Assembly (NCBI GenBank): GCA_050011875.1
Contig: JBEKIG010000011.1
Location: 64,001-128,000 of the forward strand
DNA from: Nitrososphaeria archaeon
GTDB taxonomy: Archaea > Thermoproteota > Nitrososphaeria > JACIWG01
Reading direction: 5' to 3'
DNA: 64,000 nucleotides
The notes under the pieces are model-generated. The model was not told the origin of the DNA. It saw only the letters and a list, made by a program, of their open reading frames with translations, and searched no databases. This document shows positions 1 through 11,158 of the stretch, in pieces (position 1 is the first letter of the stretch; each line of letters opens with the position of its first letter). A program made the translations under genes and the position numbers.

Positions 1-64
1 AGCTAGGATATTAGTTTAACTCAAAAATGATAACCAATTTCTTGAATCATTCAGATATGATAGT

Positions 65-1243
65 TTATTTTTTCAATTCTTTTACAGCTCTTTCAATTCT
101 CGTCAAAGCCTTTGTAAGGATTGATTTTGGGCACGCGATATTCATTCTCTGAAAACCTTCTCCTCCAGGGCCGAATATTTGCCCATCATCTAAACCAACC
201 TTCGCATTCTTAATCATAAAATCATTCAGTGCTCTCGTATTCATTTTCAAATTTTTGCAATCGAGCCACACAAGATAAGTTCCTTCCAGTTTGACTGGCC
301 TTATTTCTGGAACCCTTTCCTTAAGATATTCTGTTAGATAATCAACGTTACCTTGTATGTATTCTAGCAGTTGTTCAAGCCACTCTTCACCATACATATA
401 GGCTGCTTCAGATGCAACAACTCCGAACGCATTAGCAAATCCTAGGCCAACGTTCTCCACGGCCATTTTAAACTGTGAGAGAAATTTTGGATTCGATGCT
501 ATTACAGTCGAATTAGCCAGCCCCGCCAGATTAAAAGTTTTGCTTGGAGCCTCAAAGGTTAGAGTGATGTCAGCTACATCACTAGAAGTGCTCGCTGTTG
601 GAATATGTTTGTAGCCCTTTAAAATAAGATCGGAGTGTATCTCATCAGAAACAATTATAACGTTATTCTCGAGACAAAGTTTACCAAGTTTGGCAAGTTC
701 TTCTCGTGCCCACACTCTACCAACCGGGTTATGAGGACTGCATAAAATAAGCATCTTCACCCTCTCATCGAACCTATCTTTAAGATCGTCAAAGTCCATC
801 TCATATTTCCCATTTTCGTACTTAAGTTCATTTATGACAATTTGACGACCATTGTTCCTTATGGCCTTAAAGAATGGGTGGTACACCGGAGGTTGTATAA
901 TGATTTTATCACCTGGATGAGTAAATGCTTGGATTGCTAGGTTGACAGAAGGTACAACACCAGGTGAATACTCAATCCATTCAGGTTTAATTTTCCACTG
1001 ATGTCTTTTCTCCATCCAGTCTACGATGCCGTTATAGAATGAGGGAGATCTTATCGTATAGCCGTAGATTCCGTGCTCAGCACGCTTCTTTAACGCGTCG
1101 ACGACAGGCGCAGGCGAAAGAAAGTCCATGTCAGCGACCCACATCGGTATAATATCTTTTGTACCAAACCTCAACTCTAAGCAGTCCCATTTATAGGAAT
1201 CCGTCCCCTCTCTCTTAATGTAACGGCTAAAGTCGTATTTCAT
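65..1243 (-). CDS. patB: PatB/MalY-family PLP-dependent C-S lyase/aminotransferase
   Basis: Motifs R.GTDSYKWD, MWVADMDF, LCSPHNPVGRVW, SDEIHSD, APSKTFNLAGL, RMNIACP. Start moved to ATG 1243 (MKYDF), where family similarity begins. Confidence 0.9.
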   Translation of the reverse strand: MKYDFSRYIKREGTDSYKWDCLELRFGTKDIIPMWVADMDFLSPAPVVDALKKRAEHGIYGYTIRSPSFYNGIVDWMEKRHQWKIKPEWIEYSPGVVPSVNLAIQAFTHPGDKIIIQPPVYHPFFKAIRNNGRQIVINELKYENGKYEMDFDDLKDRFDERVKMLILCSPHNPVGRVWAREELAKLGKLCLENNVIIVSDEIHSDLILKGYKHIPTASTSSDVADITLTFEAPSKTFNLAGLANSTVIASNPKFLSQFKMAVENVGLGFANAFGVVASEAAYMYGEEWLEQLLEYIQGNVDYLTEYLKERVPEIRPVKLEGTYLVWLDCKNLKMNTRALNDFMIKNAKVGLDDGQIFGPGGEGFQRMNIACPKSILTKALTRIERAVKELKK

Positions 1244-1397
1244 ATAGGGAACTGCCTTTTGCTTCCAATAATTAAAGTTTTTATTCTCACAGCTGTTTTT
1301 CATAGCTTCGATTAAATAATTTAATATTATATCATTATCAACGATTTTAATCTGCAAAAGATTAAAAAAAACACATTTAAAGAAATCATTATAAATT

Positions 1398-1925
1398 ATG
1401 GAGTATTATCATAGTTTGGTTAATATGACAGCTCTAAAAGTTGAGAAAAAGAAGCGTCTTCCACGCAGTTTTCTGAAAGCGGGTGTTAAAGCACCAGACT
1501 TCAGTCTAAAGAGCACTTCCGACAAAAACGTTAGCCTGAAAGATTATCGTGGACGCATGTTGATTCTGCTTTTCTATCCAGCTGATTTTAGCCCAGTATG
1601 CAGTGATGAACTGCCACTGTATAGCGAGCTCATACCCGAATTTCGTCGATTTAATGCGGAAGTGGCGGCGATATCTGTTGATAATACATGGAGCCATCTC
1701 GCCTTTGCACGTGACAGAAACCTATCCTTCCCTCTGCTTTCCGACTTTGAGCCCAAAGGTAAAGTATCTGGAGAATACGGTGTATACCAGAAAGAAAGTG
1801 GCCACAGCGGACGAGCAATATTTGTGATCGACGGCGAGGGGATAATAAGATGGAGTTATGCAGTGCCAAATAACGTCAATCCGGGTGCTGACGGCGTGTT
1901 GAAGTTTCTAGAGGAAATAGAATAG
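1398..1925 (+). CDS. AhpC/TSA peroxiredoxin (AhpE-like)
   Basis: APDFSL, FYPADFSPVCSDEL, PLLSDF, GRAIFVID. True start may be ATG 1425. Confidence 0.85.
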   Translation: MEYYHSLVNMTALKVEKKKRLPRSFLKAGVKAPDFSLKSTSDKNVSLKDYRGRMLILLFYPADFSPVCSDELPLYSELIPEFRRFNAEVAAISVDNTWSHLAFARDRNLSFPLLSDFEPKGKVSGEYGVYQKESGHSGRAIFVIDGEGIIRWSYAVPNNVNPGADGVLKFLEEIE

Positions 1926-1947
1926 GTTAGAAGGTAGGTTCTGACTT

Positions 1948-2499
1948 ATGGATGTAAAAACCACCAAGCTTACAATACCTGTCGGAGAACGTGACCATGT
2001 AAATGGACCACCGAACGCTCCTATAACACTGGTGGAATATGGTGACTTCGAATGCCCGCACTGTGGGAGGACTTACCCCATAGTTAAGCGGTTGCAGGAG
2101 CATCTGGACGGGAAGCTGAGGTTCGTATTCCGTCACTTACCGATCTCAACTGTACATTCCCACGCTAAGAAAGCGGCTGAAGCAGCTGAAGCAGCCGGCT
2201 CTCAGGGAAAATTTTGGGAAATGCACGATCAGCTCTTTGAACACCAAGATACGCTTGATGATGAAAACCTGAGACGATATGCTATAGCTGTAGGCCTTGA
2301 TATCAAAAGATTCGATCAGGAGATGAAGTCCAATCTTTACGCGCCAAAAGTGCATGAAGATTTCATCAATGGCGTGAAGAGTGGTGTGAACGGCACTCCT
2401 ACATTCTTCATAAACGGGCTAAGGTATAACGGTCCTCCATCCTTTGAAGCTCTTCTGGAAGCAATAATGAAAGAAATTGGCACAGAAGAGAAAAAATAA
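1948..2499 (+). CDS. DsbA/thioredoxin-fold protein
   Basis: EYGDFECPHC, GKFWEMHD, GVNGTPTFFING. Confidence 0.9.
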   Translation: MDVKTTKLTIPVGERDHVNGPPNAPITLVEYGDFECPHCGRTYPIVKRLQEHLDGKLRFVFRHLPISTVHSHAKKAAEAAEAAGSQGKFWEMHDQLFEHQDTLDDENLRRYAIAVGLDIKRFDQEMKSNLYAPKVHEDFINGVKSGVNGTPTFFINGLRYNGPPSFEALLEAIMKEIGTEEKK

Positions 2500-2511
2500 T
2501 GCTTAGATGTT

Positions 2512-2754
2512 CTAATCGACTTTTTCGACCGTTATCGCTTGTACCGGACAGACGTCAGCTCCTTCCTTAGCGCACTGGTAGAGTTCGTCGGGTACGACCC
2601 CTGTCGATAGATCCTCGGTCATTTCCTTTGAGTACTGTTCTATAACCCTATTTTTACCATTATCGTCCGCTAGGTAGAAGAGTTGTGGACATGCTACTGT
2701 AGCTGCCCCACAGGCGATGCATAGATTTCTATCTATAGTTATCTTATATGGCAT
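2512..2754 (-). CDS. Monocluster ferredoxin (Pyrococcus-type)
   Basis: From ATG 2754: CIACGAATVACP ... ELYQCAKEGADVCPVQAI. The upstream 63 codons of the ORF track are not ferredoxin-like. Confidence 0.8.
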   Translation of the reverse strand: MPYKITIDRNLCIACGAATVACPQLFYLADDNGKNRVIEQYSKEMTEDLSTGVVPDELYQCAKEGADVCPVQAITVEKVD

Positions 2755-2962
2755 GAATAAAAAGAAAACATCCTCGTTAATATATTTTATCTTGTTTTTT
2801 TGATGACAATCATCTAGGACAATTATAGTTGTATATGAATCTGAATAAATGCCCTTCATCTTATATGCTGACCCATAAATCAGCTTTACCGTATTGACAA
2901 TAATCTTAGCATAACTGGCAGTGGTTGAGCAGGTTGGTCCCAAGCTTTGCAGGATAGCTCAA

Positions 2963-3781
2963 TCAAGCTTTCTGAGCCAACCTCCATACAGCCATTTGTT
3001 CCACCCTTCTGTATTGAATCTTCCTTTCCGTATCCAATGATGAGCGCACTTTTTCTATTATCTTTTAGAGTACTTCATCTGGAATGTCAAGGCTATATCT
3101 GAAAGCACGCTTCTCGAAAAAAGACAATCTTTCGTCAATGGTCGTCTCAATCAGCTCGTCCTGAATTGTGATAAGCTCAGTTGGCGGGACAGCTGCCAAA
3201 AACTCGCTCTCTTTTCTGCGCCATTCACCTGCACGCCTCGGTAAAGCGTACCCCATCTCCGCCGAGACATGTTCAAAGATCTGCCTCATCACACTGTTAC
3301 CGCTGCTGTCGTTTGCGAGTGCGTCATCGCGCTTGCTGACCAGAGCGACTACCTCCTTCTTTACAACACCAACAATCTTCCCGAAAACCTCTGCAGGGTT
3401 CTCAAATATTTGAAGCACATGAGCCAAAAAAGCCGTATCAAATGACTTCTCTTTTATTGGCAAATAATTCGCATCTGCCAGAATAAGTTCCATGACTCCC
3501 TTCTCCTTCGCCTTCAGAAGCATATCTTTTGAGACGTCCAGCCCTACAATCTCAAAGCCCCTATCCTGAAGTGGCTTGGCAACGCGGCCGGTGCCCACGC
3601 CTACCTCTATGAGGCTGCTACAACCGTCTCTCAGGAGGATATTTTTGATCGTGTTCAAAGCTACTTCCTTTAGCGGTTCTCTCGTCTCGTCATAGACCTG
3701 CGATATTTTATCAAACTGCGTAGCAGTGTTAACGGTTTGACTCATAAAATCGGTTTCTTTTTCAGATTTAGGGGTCTCCAT
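2963..3781 (-). pseudogene. Class I SAM-dependent methyltransferase with probable premature TAA
   Basis: EVGVGTG, GLDVS, ADANYLP motifs. After TAA 3065-3067 the frame stays open for 33 codons (KIIEKVRSSLD...MAVWRLAQKA) to TGA 2963. Confidence 0.7.
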
Positions 3782-3943
3782 ATATGTTCATAAGATATCT
3801 TAGTGGGACAGACTTAAAAAGATAGACGGAGACTACTTCGAGCCTCTGGAATTCCACTTTAGCAACGACTGGCGACGCGCTATTCAAAATTATTACAGGT
3901 ACTTTCAAAGAAGAAAGATTACAGTCCTCAGCAGCCGTCTTAT

Positions 3944-4108
3944 ATGATTGATGGTTTCATTCAACTACCTTCTGCAACTTGGAGGAGACCAACCGTAGAA
4001 GAGGTTATCGAAGCGGCACAAGCAGCTAGAAAACATTTAAAGAACGTCCAGTACATTCACAGTCAAACTAGGCCTAGAGGCGAAGTCTTTAAAATCTATC
4101 AAGTTTGA
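3944..4108 (+). pseudogene. C-terminal remnant of an archaeal radical SAM (PflA-like) protein
   Basis: Hand translation MIDGFIQLPSATWRRPTVEEVIEAAQAARKHLKNVQY resembles radical SAM C-termini. No CxxxCxxC region upstream. Confidence 0.35.
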
Positions 4109-4180
4109 ATCACCTTTGAAAGAGACATTTAAACTTGGCTCTTAGATATCCTAACATATAGGATTAAACTAAATATATCG

Positions 4181-5179
4181 GTGAGAAGTGTGGGAGATAA
4201 ACATTTCACTTACGTTACGGACAACCTTGAAGAAGTTTGTTCCAAACTTCGATTTTTGTTAGAGAATGCTGTAAAGAAGGATTTGGCAGAAGGAATTCTT
4301 CTGTCCGGAGGGTTAGACACGAGTATTCTTGCAGTCATAGCATCAAAGTTCATTCCTTTGAAAGCCGTTACCGTTGCCTTTCAAAATGCACCAGCACCAG
4401 ATGTTGAATACGCGACCTTAATAGCTAATAAATTAGGACTTAAACATAACATTCACATCTTTAACGTAGATGAATTATATGATGCCATTCCAATTGTTGT
4501 AAAGTCGTTAAGGTCCTTCGATCCGATGGAAATACGTAACAGCATAACAATCTACGTCGGCTTGAGGGTGGCGAAAGAAGAGGGAATATCTACGGTTATG
4601 ACAGGAGATGGATGTGATGAGCTCTTAGCTGGATACAGCTTTCTTTTCGGTCTGGAGAAAGAGAAACTTGATTTAGAATTAGAAAAATTGTGGAGTGTGA
4701 TGTCTTTCTCATCCGTCCCGCTTGCAAAAGTTCTTGGGATGGAGGCGAAGCTTCCCTATCTTGATCCCGACTTCAAAAATTTGGCCATAAAAATGGATTC
4801 ACGATATAAGATTGGAGCAAAGAGTGGGCAGGTTTATGGCAAGTGGATTTTGCGTAAAGCATTCGAAGGGTTCTTGCCAAAAAAAATCGTGTGGAGAATC
4901 AAAACTCCAATAGAGTACGGTTCTGGAACAACCATGCTCACAAACTTCTTCAATCAGAAAATTTCTGATTTAGAGTTTGAGAGTAAGAGAAAAAAGTATC
5001 TTACCGAGGATGGGGTAACGATTCGTGATAAGGAACAACTTTTCTACTATGAGGCCTATAAGTCAGTAGCAGGTATACCACACACAACCAGTGTAGAAGG
5101 AAAGATATGTCCCCAATGCCACTCTAATATTCCTGAAAAAGCCACCTACTGCCGGACATGCGGGGCATACCCCATATAG
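4181..5179 (+). CDS. Asparagine synthase-like ATP pyrophosphatase with C-terminal Zn ribbon
   Basis: LSGGLDTS PP-loop, TGDGCDELLAGY, LPYLD, KWILRKA, terminal CPQC...CRTC. No glutaminase domain. Confidence 0.85.
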   Translation: MRSVGDKHFTYVTDNLEEVCSKLRFLLENAVKKDLAEGILLSGGLDTSILAVIASKFIPLKAVTVAFQNAPAPDVEYATLIANKLGLKHNIHIFNVDELYDAIPIVVKSLRSFDPMEIRNSITIYVGLRVAKEEGISTVMTGDGCDELLAGYSFLFGLEKEKLDLELEKLWSVMSFSSVPLAKVLGMEAKLPYLDPDFKNLAIKMDSRYKIGAKSGQVYGKWILRKAFEGFLPKKIVWRIKTPIEYGSGTTMLTNFFNQKISDLEFESKRKKYLTEDGVTIRDKEQLFYYEAYKSVAGIPHTTSVEGKICPQCHSNIPEKATYCRTCGAYPI

Positions 5180-5857
5180 AGAAAGTTGTTCGACCTTCTC
5201 CTGCCCTATATAATCTTGCAGGTCTTTATGATTATATTAGTATTCATTTAATAAATGCTTTAAGTACGAGAATTCTTCCATTCTTATAGGGTCAATAACG
5301 CCTTTGGCATTAGGCCATCACTTTTCAGACGGACTATATGATACTATATCTAATCGTTTTGTTAACTATATCTTTTTATTATATACTTATTTATGCTCTA
5401 AAACACATGAAACGATTTTTAAAGCCTTCTAAAATACTCTATAGGATATTTACCTATCACAGTTAAAACAGTATTCTATCAAGGCACCTTATTCGATTAA
5501 AAAAGGGTGGTCTTCTAATTGGAATTTCTTTAATTCATATAGGAAAATAGCACACATGAAGGAAGTTATTAGCAGGGTTTCTATTAGACTAGGCTCCATT
5601 AAATTAATTTTATCGACTATTAAGCTATTTAGAAATAGACTATAATAAAGTCAAAGTAAAAATGAGTAGGTCTATATTTGATTTAAGGGAAAATCAACTA
5701 GCCACTTTACCCTACAGTAAATTAAAATAAAAAAAGAAAGGTCATAAAATATCAAATGAAGTATCTTTTAGCGATTTTGTTAAAGAAAATAGGCGTAGAC
5801 GTATAATTACGTAAACGCATAATTGCATTTATATTTATGTTTAAATTTACATTAAGT

Positions 5858-7141
5858 ATGGACGTAGAGAAACTTACGTGCTTTATTCCTGTTGGCGGTC
5901 AGGCTAAAAGATTAATGCCTCTGACACATGATGTATCAAAGCCCTGTGTCAGGTTCTTGAATAGGCCTTTAATTGAATTCTCGATAGCAACGTTAGCTGA
6001 GCAGGGTGTGAGGGGCTTTATTTTCGGGGAGTATGGCTATACCAACTATTCGAACCTTTTCGATCAGTATGGAGAAGGAGTAGGGTTCTCAGCAAAGTAT
6101 AAGATCGAGCCGAGGGTACACATCAGACACCAACCAAACCTAGACGACTTGGGAAACGCCGATTCTTTTAGGCTGAACATGGGATATTATAATATTCGTA
6201 ATCCAGTTATTGTCGTACAGGGGGATAATCTTTTCAACATCGATCTAAATGACTTGATTAAAAAACATGAAGAAAGGAAGGCATTGATGACCATTGCCCT
6301 AACGAAGGTGGGAAAGACTGAAGAATACGGTATAGCTGATGTAGACAAAGATCTGAAGATTAAGAATTTTATCGAAAAACCTCAAGCTGGAAGAGCACCA
6401 GGCAACTTTGCAAACGCAGGCATCTATCTGCTTTCATCAGAGATCAGAAAGATAGTTGAAGGTGAAGAAGTAAAAAAGATTAAGGATGAGAGAGGAAGGC
6501 TCGATTTCGGTTTTGACTTGATTCCTTACATGATTGATAAAGGTTTTCCAGTCTACGGATATGAACTGAAAGTATGGTATGATGTGGGAAGCCCAGAAAA
6601 GTATCTAGAAGCTATGCATGACATCCTTTATGGAAAGTTGAACATTAGAGTCTCAGAAGAAAAGCTACTGCCTAAAAGAAACGTCTGGGTACAGGGATAC
6701 AGCGAAGAATCCGTTGAAAGACGGAACCAAATAATTAGAAAATATAATGGAAACAAATTGTCAATAGAAGGGGCTGCCCTTATAGGCAGACATACTGAAA
6801 TAGGTGATTATTCTAGAATTTCTGATTCAAATATTGACAATTTCTGCACACTTGGTGAACATGTTGATGTAGAGAGAGCGGCGATCTTGGACGCTGTGAG
6901 GATTGGAGATTATGCACGTGTATCAGACAGCATTGTAGGCAGGAAAGTAATTATAGAATCAACCAGTGAAAACCCAACATATATTGAATCAAATTCAGTT
7001 ATAGGCAACACTGTCCGTATTAGGAAGGGCTGTAAACTTATAGGAACCAAAGTGAACCCTGGTTTAATAATTCCACCCCGCATGACATACGTCAATAATT
7101 TCCTGCAGGACTACCAAGACATCGCTAAATTAGCGTCTTAA
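5858..7141 (+). CDS. NDP-sugar pyrophosphorylase with hexapeptide C-terminal domain
   Basis: IPVGGQAKRLMPLT, QGDNLF, FIEKP, WYDVGSP, left-handed beta-helix repeats. Confidence 0.9.
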   Translation: MDVEKLTCFIPVGGQAKRLMPLTHDVSKPCVRFLNRPLIEFSIATLAEQGVRGFIFGEYGYTNYSNLFDQYGEGVGFSAKYKIEPRVHIRHQPNLDDLGNADSFRLNMGYYNIRNPVIVVQGDNLFNIDLNDLIKKHEERKALMTIALTKVGKTEEYGIADVDKDLKIKNFIEKPQAGRAPGNFANAGIYLLSSEIRKIVEGEEVKKIKDERGRLDFGFDLIPYMIDKGFPVYGYELKVWYDVGSPEKYLEAMHDILYGKLNIRVSEEKLLPKRNVWVQGYSEESVERRNQIIRKYNGNKLSIEGAALIGRHTEIGDYSRISDSNIDNFCTLGEHVDVERAAILDAVRIGDYARVSDSIVGRKVIIESTSENPTYIESNSVIGNTVRIRKGCKLIGTKVNPGLIIPPRMTYVNNFLQDYQDIAKLAS

Positions 7142-7413
7142 ACTGGAAGTCTACTGTGGATAATCCGAGGAATGCATGTCATTTATCGGACCTGAATGAC
7201 AGGTATTTGTTAGTCGGTATGTGACAGCCTCTATTCTATACGGTCGAACTGGAACCTTTTTGGTTAGGTATTATTGGAATTGTGTTCTATCTGCTAACCG
7301 TCATATCTAGTATAATTAGGAGGACTCCATCAAAACCCTTTTATGTAGTGAATTGAAGATTTCAAATCTAAAATAAGATATCATTAGACTTTTAAAAGTT
7401 CTGTGCAATAAGA

Positions 7414-8010
7414 CTACTTCAGTAGTTTTATTGACATAAAAGTCGTCCAAGCTGAAATTATTAACGCTTCAATTAGTTCAGGAACGGCAAAGCCAACCCT
7501 TGCAGATAGGACGAAAAAAACTATTGGCAGCACGAAGATTGCCATGATTGCCGCTATTCCAGCGACAATGCTTACTTTTCTAGTTAAACCTTGTCTTGTG
7601 CCATAACCTATCAAAATGAAACCTATAGGAGCTAAGATAAAGTAACCTATAGCAAAAGTCGCATGTAGAGCAAGATGGTTTTCTGTAAATATACCAACTA
7701 GAGCTAGACATATACTACTTAGCATTATTGAGACGACTCCTATTTTGATCCGTCTATCCTTATCTAGATATTGACTGATCCCTAGTGCAAACAGGAAATC
7801 TATTGTACCTCCAATCAAAACGGCGCTATTAAAGATGGTTGATTCTTTGCTAATCCCCAAATCACTCAAAGCATTCGTATCCCATCTAAACCAGCCTGAG
7901 ATGAAAGTGGCAGTTAAAATCATAATTAAAGGCAGAACAGAGCTTATAATTCCGAATAACCCTGCAAACTTCATACATATAGACATTTTTCCTTTCGGTT
8001 TTACGCACAC
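7414..8010 (-). CDS. DUF998-like membrane protein
   Basis: WFRWDTNALSDLG, LVGIFTE, AVPELIEA; multiple TM segments. Confidence 0.75.
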   Translation of the reverse strand: MCVKPKGKMSICMKFAGLFGIISSVLPLIMILTATFISGWFRWDTNALSDLGISKESTIFNSAVLIGGTIDFLFALGISQYLDKDRRIKIGVVSIMLSSICLALVGIFTENHLALHATFAIGYFILAPIGFILIGYGTRQGLTRKVSIVAGIAAIMAIFVLPIVFFVLSARVGFAVPELIEALIISAWTTFMSIKLLK

Positions 8011-8100
8011 TTTGGCTCCTAGATAAACTGTTTTCCTAATAGCAATATAATCTTTAGTTAATCTTACTACTGATCCTCTTATAGTAGGTGGAAAGTAACC

Positions 8101-8559
8101 CTACGTACCGATACGTAGACTTAATGTCCTAGCAAATTCTTCTGCTTTCTTCAAGTCACTTTCATTTGGTCTCCCTCTACTTATTCCGCCAATAAGTTTC
8201 AATATGCCGTATGTATCAAATCCTCTGCATGAGAATTCGCCTACAATGCGAAAACCCTTCTCCTGCAGACACTTTCTAAGAGCCTTATGCCCATTAGGCA
8301 AAATGAAACTTCCCCTTGTTGAGAAAATAAATACATCCTTCCCAAGATACGGCATCTTCTCAACGAGTTCAAATAGAGTTTTATCATGTCTACCGTAATA
8401 GTTCCCAGAACAAAAGCCTATGAGATCGTATTCTAAAAGAGTGTTTACATCTACTGCGTTTGGTTTTACTAGTTCTCCGTCCAGAATCCTTGTTATAACG
8501 TCAGCAACCTTCTTTGTGTTACCATGGTGGTAAGAACTGCAAATCACTAGAGTCTTCAA
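8101..8559 (-). CDS. Flavodoxin family protein
   Basis: SYHHGNTKKVA, GEFSCRGFDTYG, GRPNESDL. Confidence 0.9.
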   Translation of the reverse strand: MKTLVICSSYHHGNTKKVADVITRILDGELVKPNAVDVNTLLEYDLIGFCSGNYYGRHDKTLFELVEKMPYLGKDVFIFSTRGSFILPNGHKALRKCLQEKGFRIVGEFSCRGFDTYGILKLIGGISRGRPNESDLKKAEEFARTLSLRIGT

Positions 8560-8629
8560 AGTTACTTTCTACTTACGATAGTTTAATGTAGTCATAGTTA
8601 TATATACATTATAAAGTTGTAAGCGAAAA

Positions 8630-9190
8630 TCAATGTTGTTGTTGTTTGTTTATGACTAAGAGCTCACCCAAATTTTCACCTATCTTCTGGAATTTCTCCT
8701 CTTCTCCCTCTCTTAGATGGGCCGATGCCCTTCTGGCTTCCTTATCACTTTCTTCCCCTTTTGAGGAAGTATAGATAATTCCTGACGAATAAGGCATAAT
8801 TATGTTCAACCCCAATTTCCTCATTTCCTTTTCGATGTATTTCGCAGCGCTTCCAGCAAAGAAACTGTCTTTTCTAGCATCGAATGCAAAGCCATATTTG
8901 TACCTGAGGTTAAAGCTCTCCAAGGTCTTAAGGAATTCCTTCGTTGGCTCAGAAGAGGTTTGGTAATGTGTTGGCGCACCTAGAGCGATCAGATCATATG
9001 ATGCTAGCTCCTGATTCCAAACTTCTCTTATACTGTAGCACATAGTTGCTATTCCATGCTTCCTTATCCCTGCTGCTAACGACTCCGCAATCTTTCGAGT
9101 ATTGCCGTATAGTGACTCATAGATTACGATTACTTTAATTTCAGGAATCTTCTTTTCTTGAGTCAACTTTCGACTTTGTAAAGAATACAA
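8630..9190 (-). CDS. Flavodoxin domain protein
   Basis: YESLYGNTRKIAE, YDLIALGAPTH, AFDAR. Start uncertain. Confidence 0.8.
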   Translation of the reverse strand: MYSLQSRKLTQEKKIPEIKVIVIYESLYGNTRKIAESLAAGIRKHGIATMCYSIREVWNQELASYDLIALGAPTHYQTSSEPTKEFLKTLESFNLRYKYGFAFDARKDSFFAGSAAKYIEKEMRKLGLNIIMPYSSGIIYTSSKGEESDKEARRASAHLREGEEEKFQKIGENLGELLVINKQQQH

Positions 9191-9346
9191 TTTAGTATTT
9201 AATAATTTCCTTTGTGGTCTTTCTTTAATGTTAGAACGAGTTAACAGAACCCTTTGTGCAATGCTATTTTCTACTTAGTCGTGTTGTATATTTACTATAA
9301 TATACAATGTATGGTTTAATGTCTGCAGGTAACAATGTATATTAGT

Positions 9347-9622
9347 CTATTCCAATCTCTTTATTATGTGCCAGCCAAATTTGGTTTTGACAGGTTGCGA
9401 AATCTGTCCCTTATTTAGAGCGAATGCAGCTACCTCAAACTCTCTAACCATCTGTCCTCTACCAAAGGTTCCTAAATCGCCTCCTCTCTTCTTCGATGGG
9501 CACATTGACTTCTCCGTTGCAAGCTTTGAAAAGCTCGCACCCTTGCTCAACTGCTCAGATACTCCTTTCGCTTCCTGTTCTGTTCTTACCAAAATGTGTG
9601 CGCAGTGCATTCTATCGGCCAT
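9347..9622 (-). CDS. Parvulin-type peptidyl-prolyl isomerase
   Basis: CAHILV, SMCPSKKRGGDLG.FGRGQMV.EFE, KTKFGWHII. Confidence 0.95.
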   Translation of the reverse strand: MADRMHCAHILVRTEQEAKGVSEQLSKGASFSKLATEKSMCPSKKRGGDLGTFGRGQMVREFEVAAFALNKGQISQPVKTKFGWHIIKRLE

Positions 9623-9670
9623 GGTTTGATAGTTAGATATTTATCTTATAAATCTTAATTTTGGGCAGAT

Positions 9671-10049
9671 TTATTTTGATTCGACGGTAAATCCGATCTT
9701 CTCTAGTGCTTTGATCGCAGAAGGTAGATCTTTCTTCTTTGACGAGTATATGATCCGTAGAGTAGGCGGAAAGTGTAAAGATACTGATATTTTGGTCCGC
9801 TAGAGCTTTGGAAATTCTTGCCAGGATTCTGACCAATTCAAAAGGCAATGTCATGTCAAATGATATTATCACATAATTTCTTTTCATCTCTATTACATCC
9901 TCTATGTTAACCTTGGACTGTTCTATAATAACTGTGATTTCATTTCTATCTTTTATGATGGCAAAAGCCTCTCGGAGAATTCTCTTCGACTTTGATAGCA
10001 AACTTCTCCTTCCAAAAGTAGATTCTACCATTCTCAAGATAATTTTCTT
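9671..10049 (-). pseudogene. ACT-domain protein, doubly frameshifted
   Basis: Core FDMTLPFELV...ISIFTLSAYSTDHILVKE. Expected N-terminus (ENYLENGRIYFWKEKFAI) and C-terminus (KDLPSAIKALEKIGF*) lie in other frames. Confidence 0.75.
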
Positions 10050-10147
10050 CTACTACACTGTAAAGATTGTATTTTATGTTATAATATCTAAGTCCTATTT
10101 TTAGAACGTTGAACTAAACCTATATAAATGACGTAGCTGTAATTCAA

Positions 10148-10606
10148 ATGATTTTTATGTCTACACTAAAGGTAGGTTCCAAGTTGCCTGAATTGGAAGG
10201 TGTTGACCAGAACGGTAACAAGGTTAACTTTAAGGATCTATACGGGAAACCCACTGTAATCTACTTCTATCCTATGGATAACACGCCAGGATGCACAAAG
10301 GAGGCTTGCTCGTTCAGAGACAACAAGAGAATGTTTGAGGGAATAAACGTCATTGGCGTAAGCGTTCAGAGCGCTGAATCTCATCAAAGGTTTTTCATAA
10401 AATATTCTCTGAACTTCACTCTTGTAGCTGATAGTGATAAGAAGATATCTAAAGCTTTCGGTGTCCTCAAGCTTACCGGACTTGACAGCAGGGTTACATT
10501 CATCTTTGATAAAGACGGTGTACTAAAATATGTCTATGATAAGGTTGATCCTGAAGGTCATGCTGAGGAAGTTCTTGTAAAGATAAAGGAACTCGGCCTT
10601 ATCTAA
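10148..10606 (+). CDS. bcp: Peroxiredoxin BCP/PrxQ
   Basis: YFYPMDNTPGCTKEACSFRD. Confidence 0.92.
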   Translation: MIFMSTLKVGSKLPELEGVDQNGNKVNFKDLYGKPTVIYFYPMDNTPGCTKEACSFRDNKRMFEGINVIGVSVQSAESHQRFFIKYSLNFTLVADSDKKISKAFGVLKLTGLDSRVTFIFDKDGVLKYVYDKVDPEGHAEEVLVKIKELGLI

Positions 10607-10741
10607 TAACTTTTATGTGAAATAAAAAGTCTAGAACCTTCGAAATAATTAACTATGCTTCTAATGAATTTGTTGATATTCTATCGAAATGCGATATGTA
10701 TAAATTTATGTAACCATTTTATTTAGACATAAGTTTAATAG

Positions 10742-11158
10742 ATGGTGAAACGCCTTTCTGTCATTGATTCTAATAGATGTACGGGTTGTCAGAGCTGTAT
10801 GTTCGCATGTTCTAGAAGGTTTGGTTCTGGAGGACTAGCTAATGCTGCAATACATGTCAAATCAGTTGGTGGCATGGAAAATGGTTTTGTGGTTGTTGTC
10901 TGTAGGGCTTGTCCTAGTCCTCCATGTGCTAAGGTTTGTCCTGTTGACGCATTATCTGTGAGAACTGGTGGAGGTGTTAGGTTGGACAATTCAAAATGCA
11001 TAGGTTGTGGCCTTTGCGCAAAATCCTGTCCATATAGTGCAATATTATGGAATGAGGAAGAAAATAAGCCCATAATATGCGTGTATTGTGGATACTGTGC
11101 CAACTATTGCCCTCATGACGTTATAGCCCTTGAAGAGTTGGAGGCAAAGACGCTATGA
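10742..11158 (+). CDS. 4Fe-4S polyferredoxin subunit associated with AOR
   Basis: Four Cys clusters (CTGCQSCMFAC, CRACPSPPCAKVCP, CIGCGLCAKSCP, CVYCGYCANYCP); overlaps the aor start. Confidence 0.9.
   Translation: MVKRLSVIDSNRCTGCQSCMFACSRRFGSGGLANAAIHVKSVGGMENGFVVVVCRACPSPPCAKVCPVDALSVRTGGGVRLDNSKCIGCGLCAKSCPYSAILWNEEENKPIICVYCGYCANYCPHDVIALEELEAKTL

Noticed and set aside
5799-5828. ACGTATAATTACGT/ACGCATAATTGCAT tandem before the NDP-sugar gene
   Set aside because: Plausible operator, but only one locus and no cognate regulator to test.
10692-10715. ModE-like box upstream of the AOR operon; similar weak site at 21345-21367
   Set aside because: Dyad symmetry and spacing too degenerate to support.
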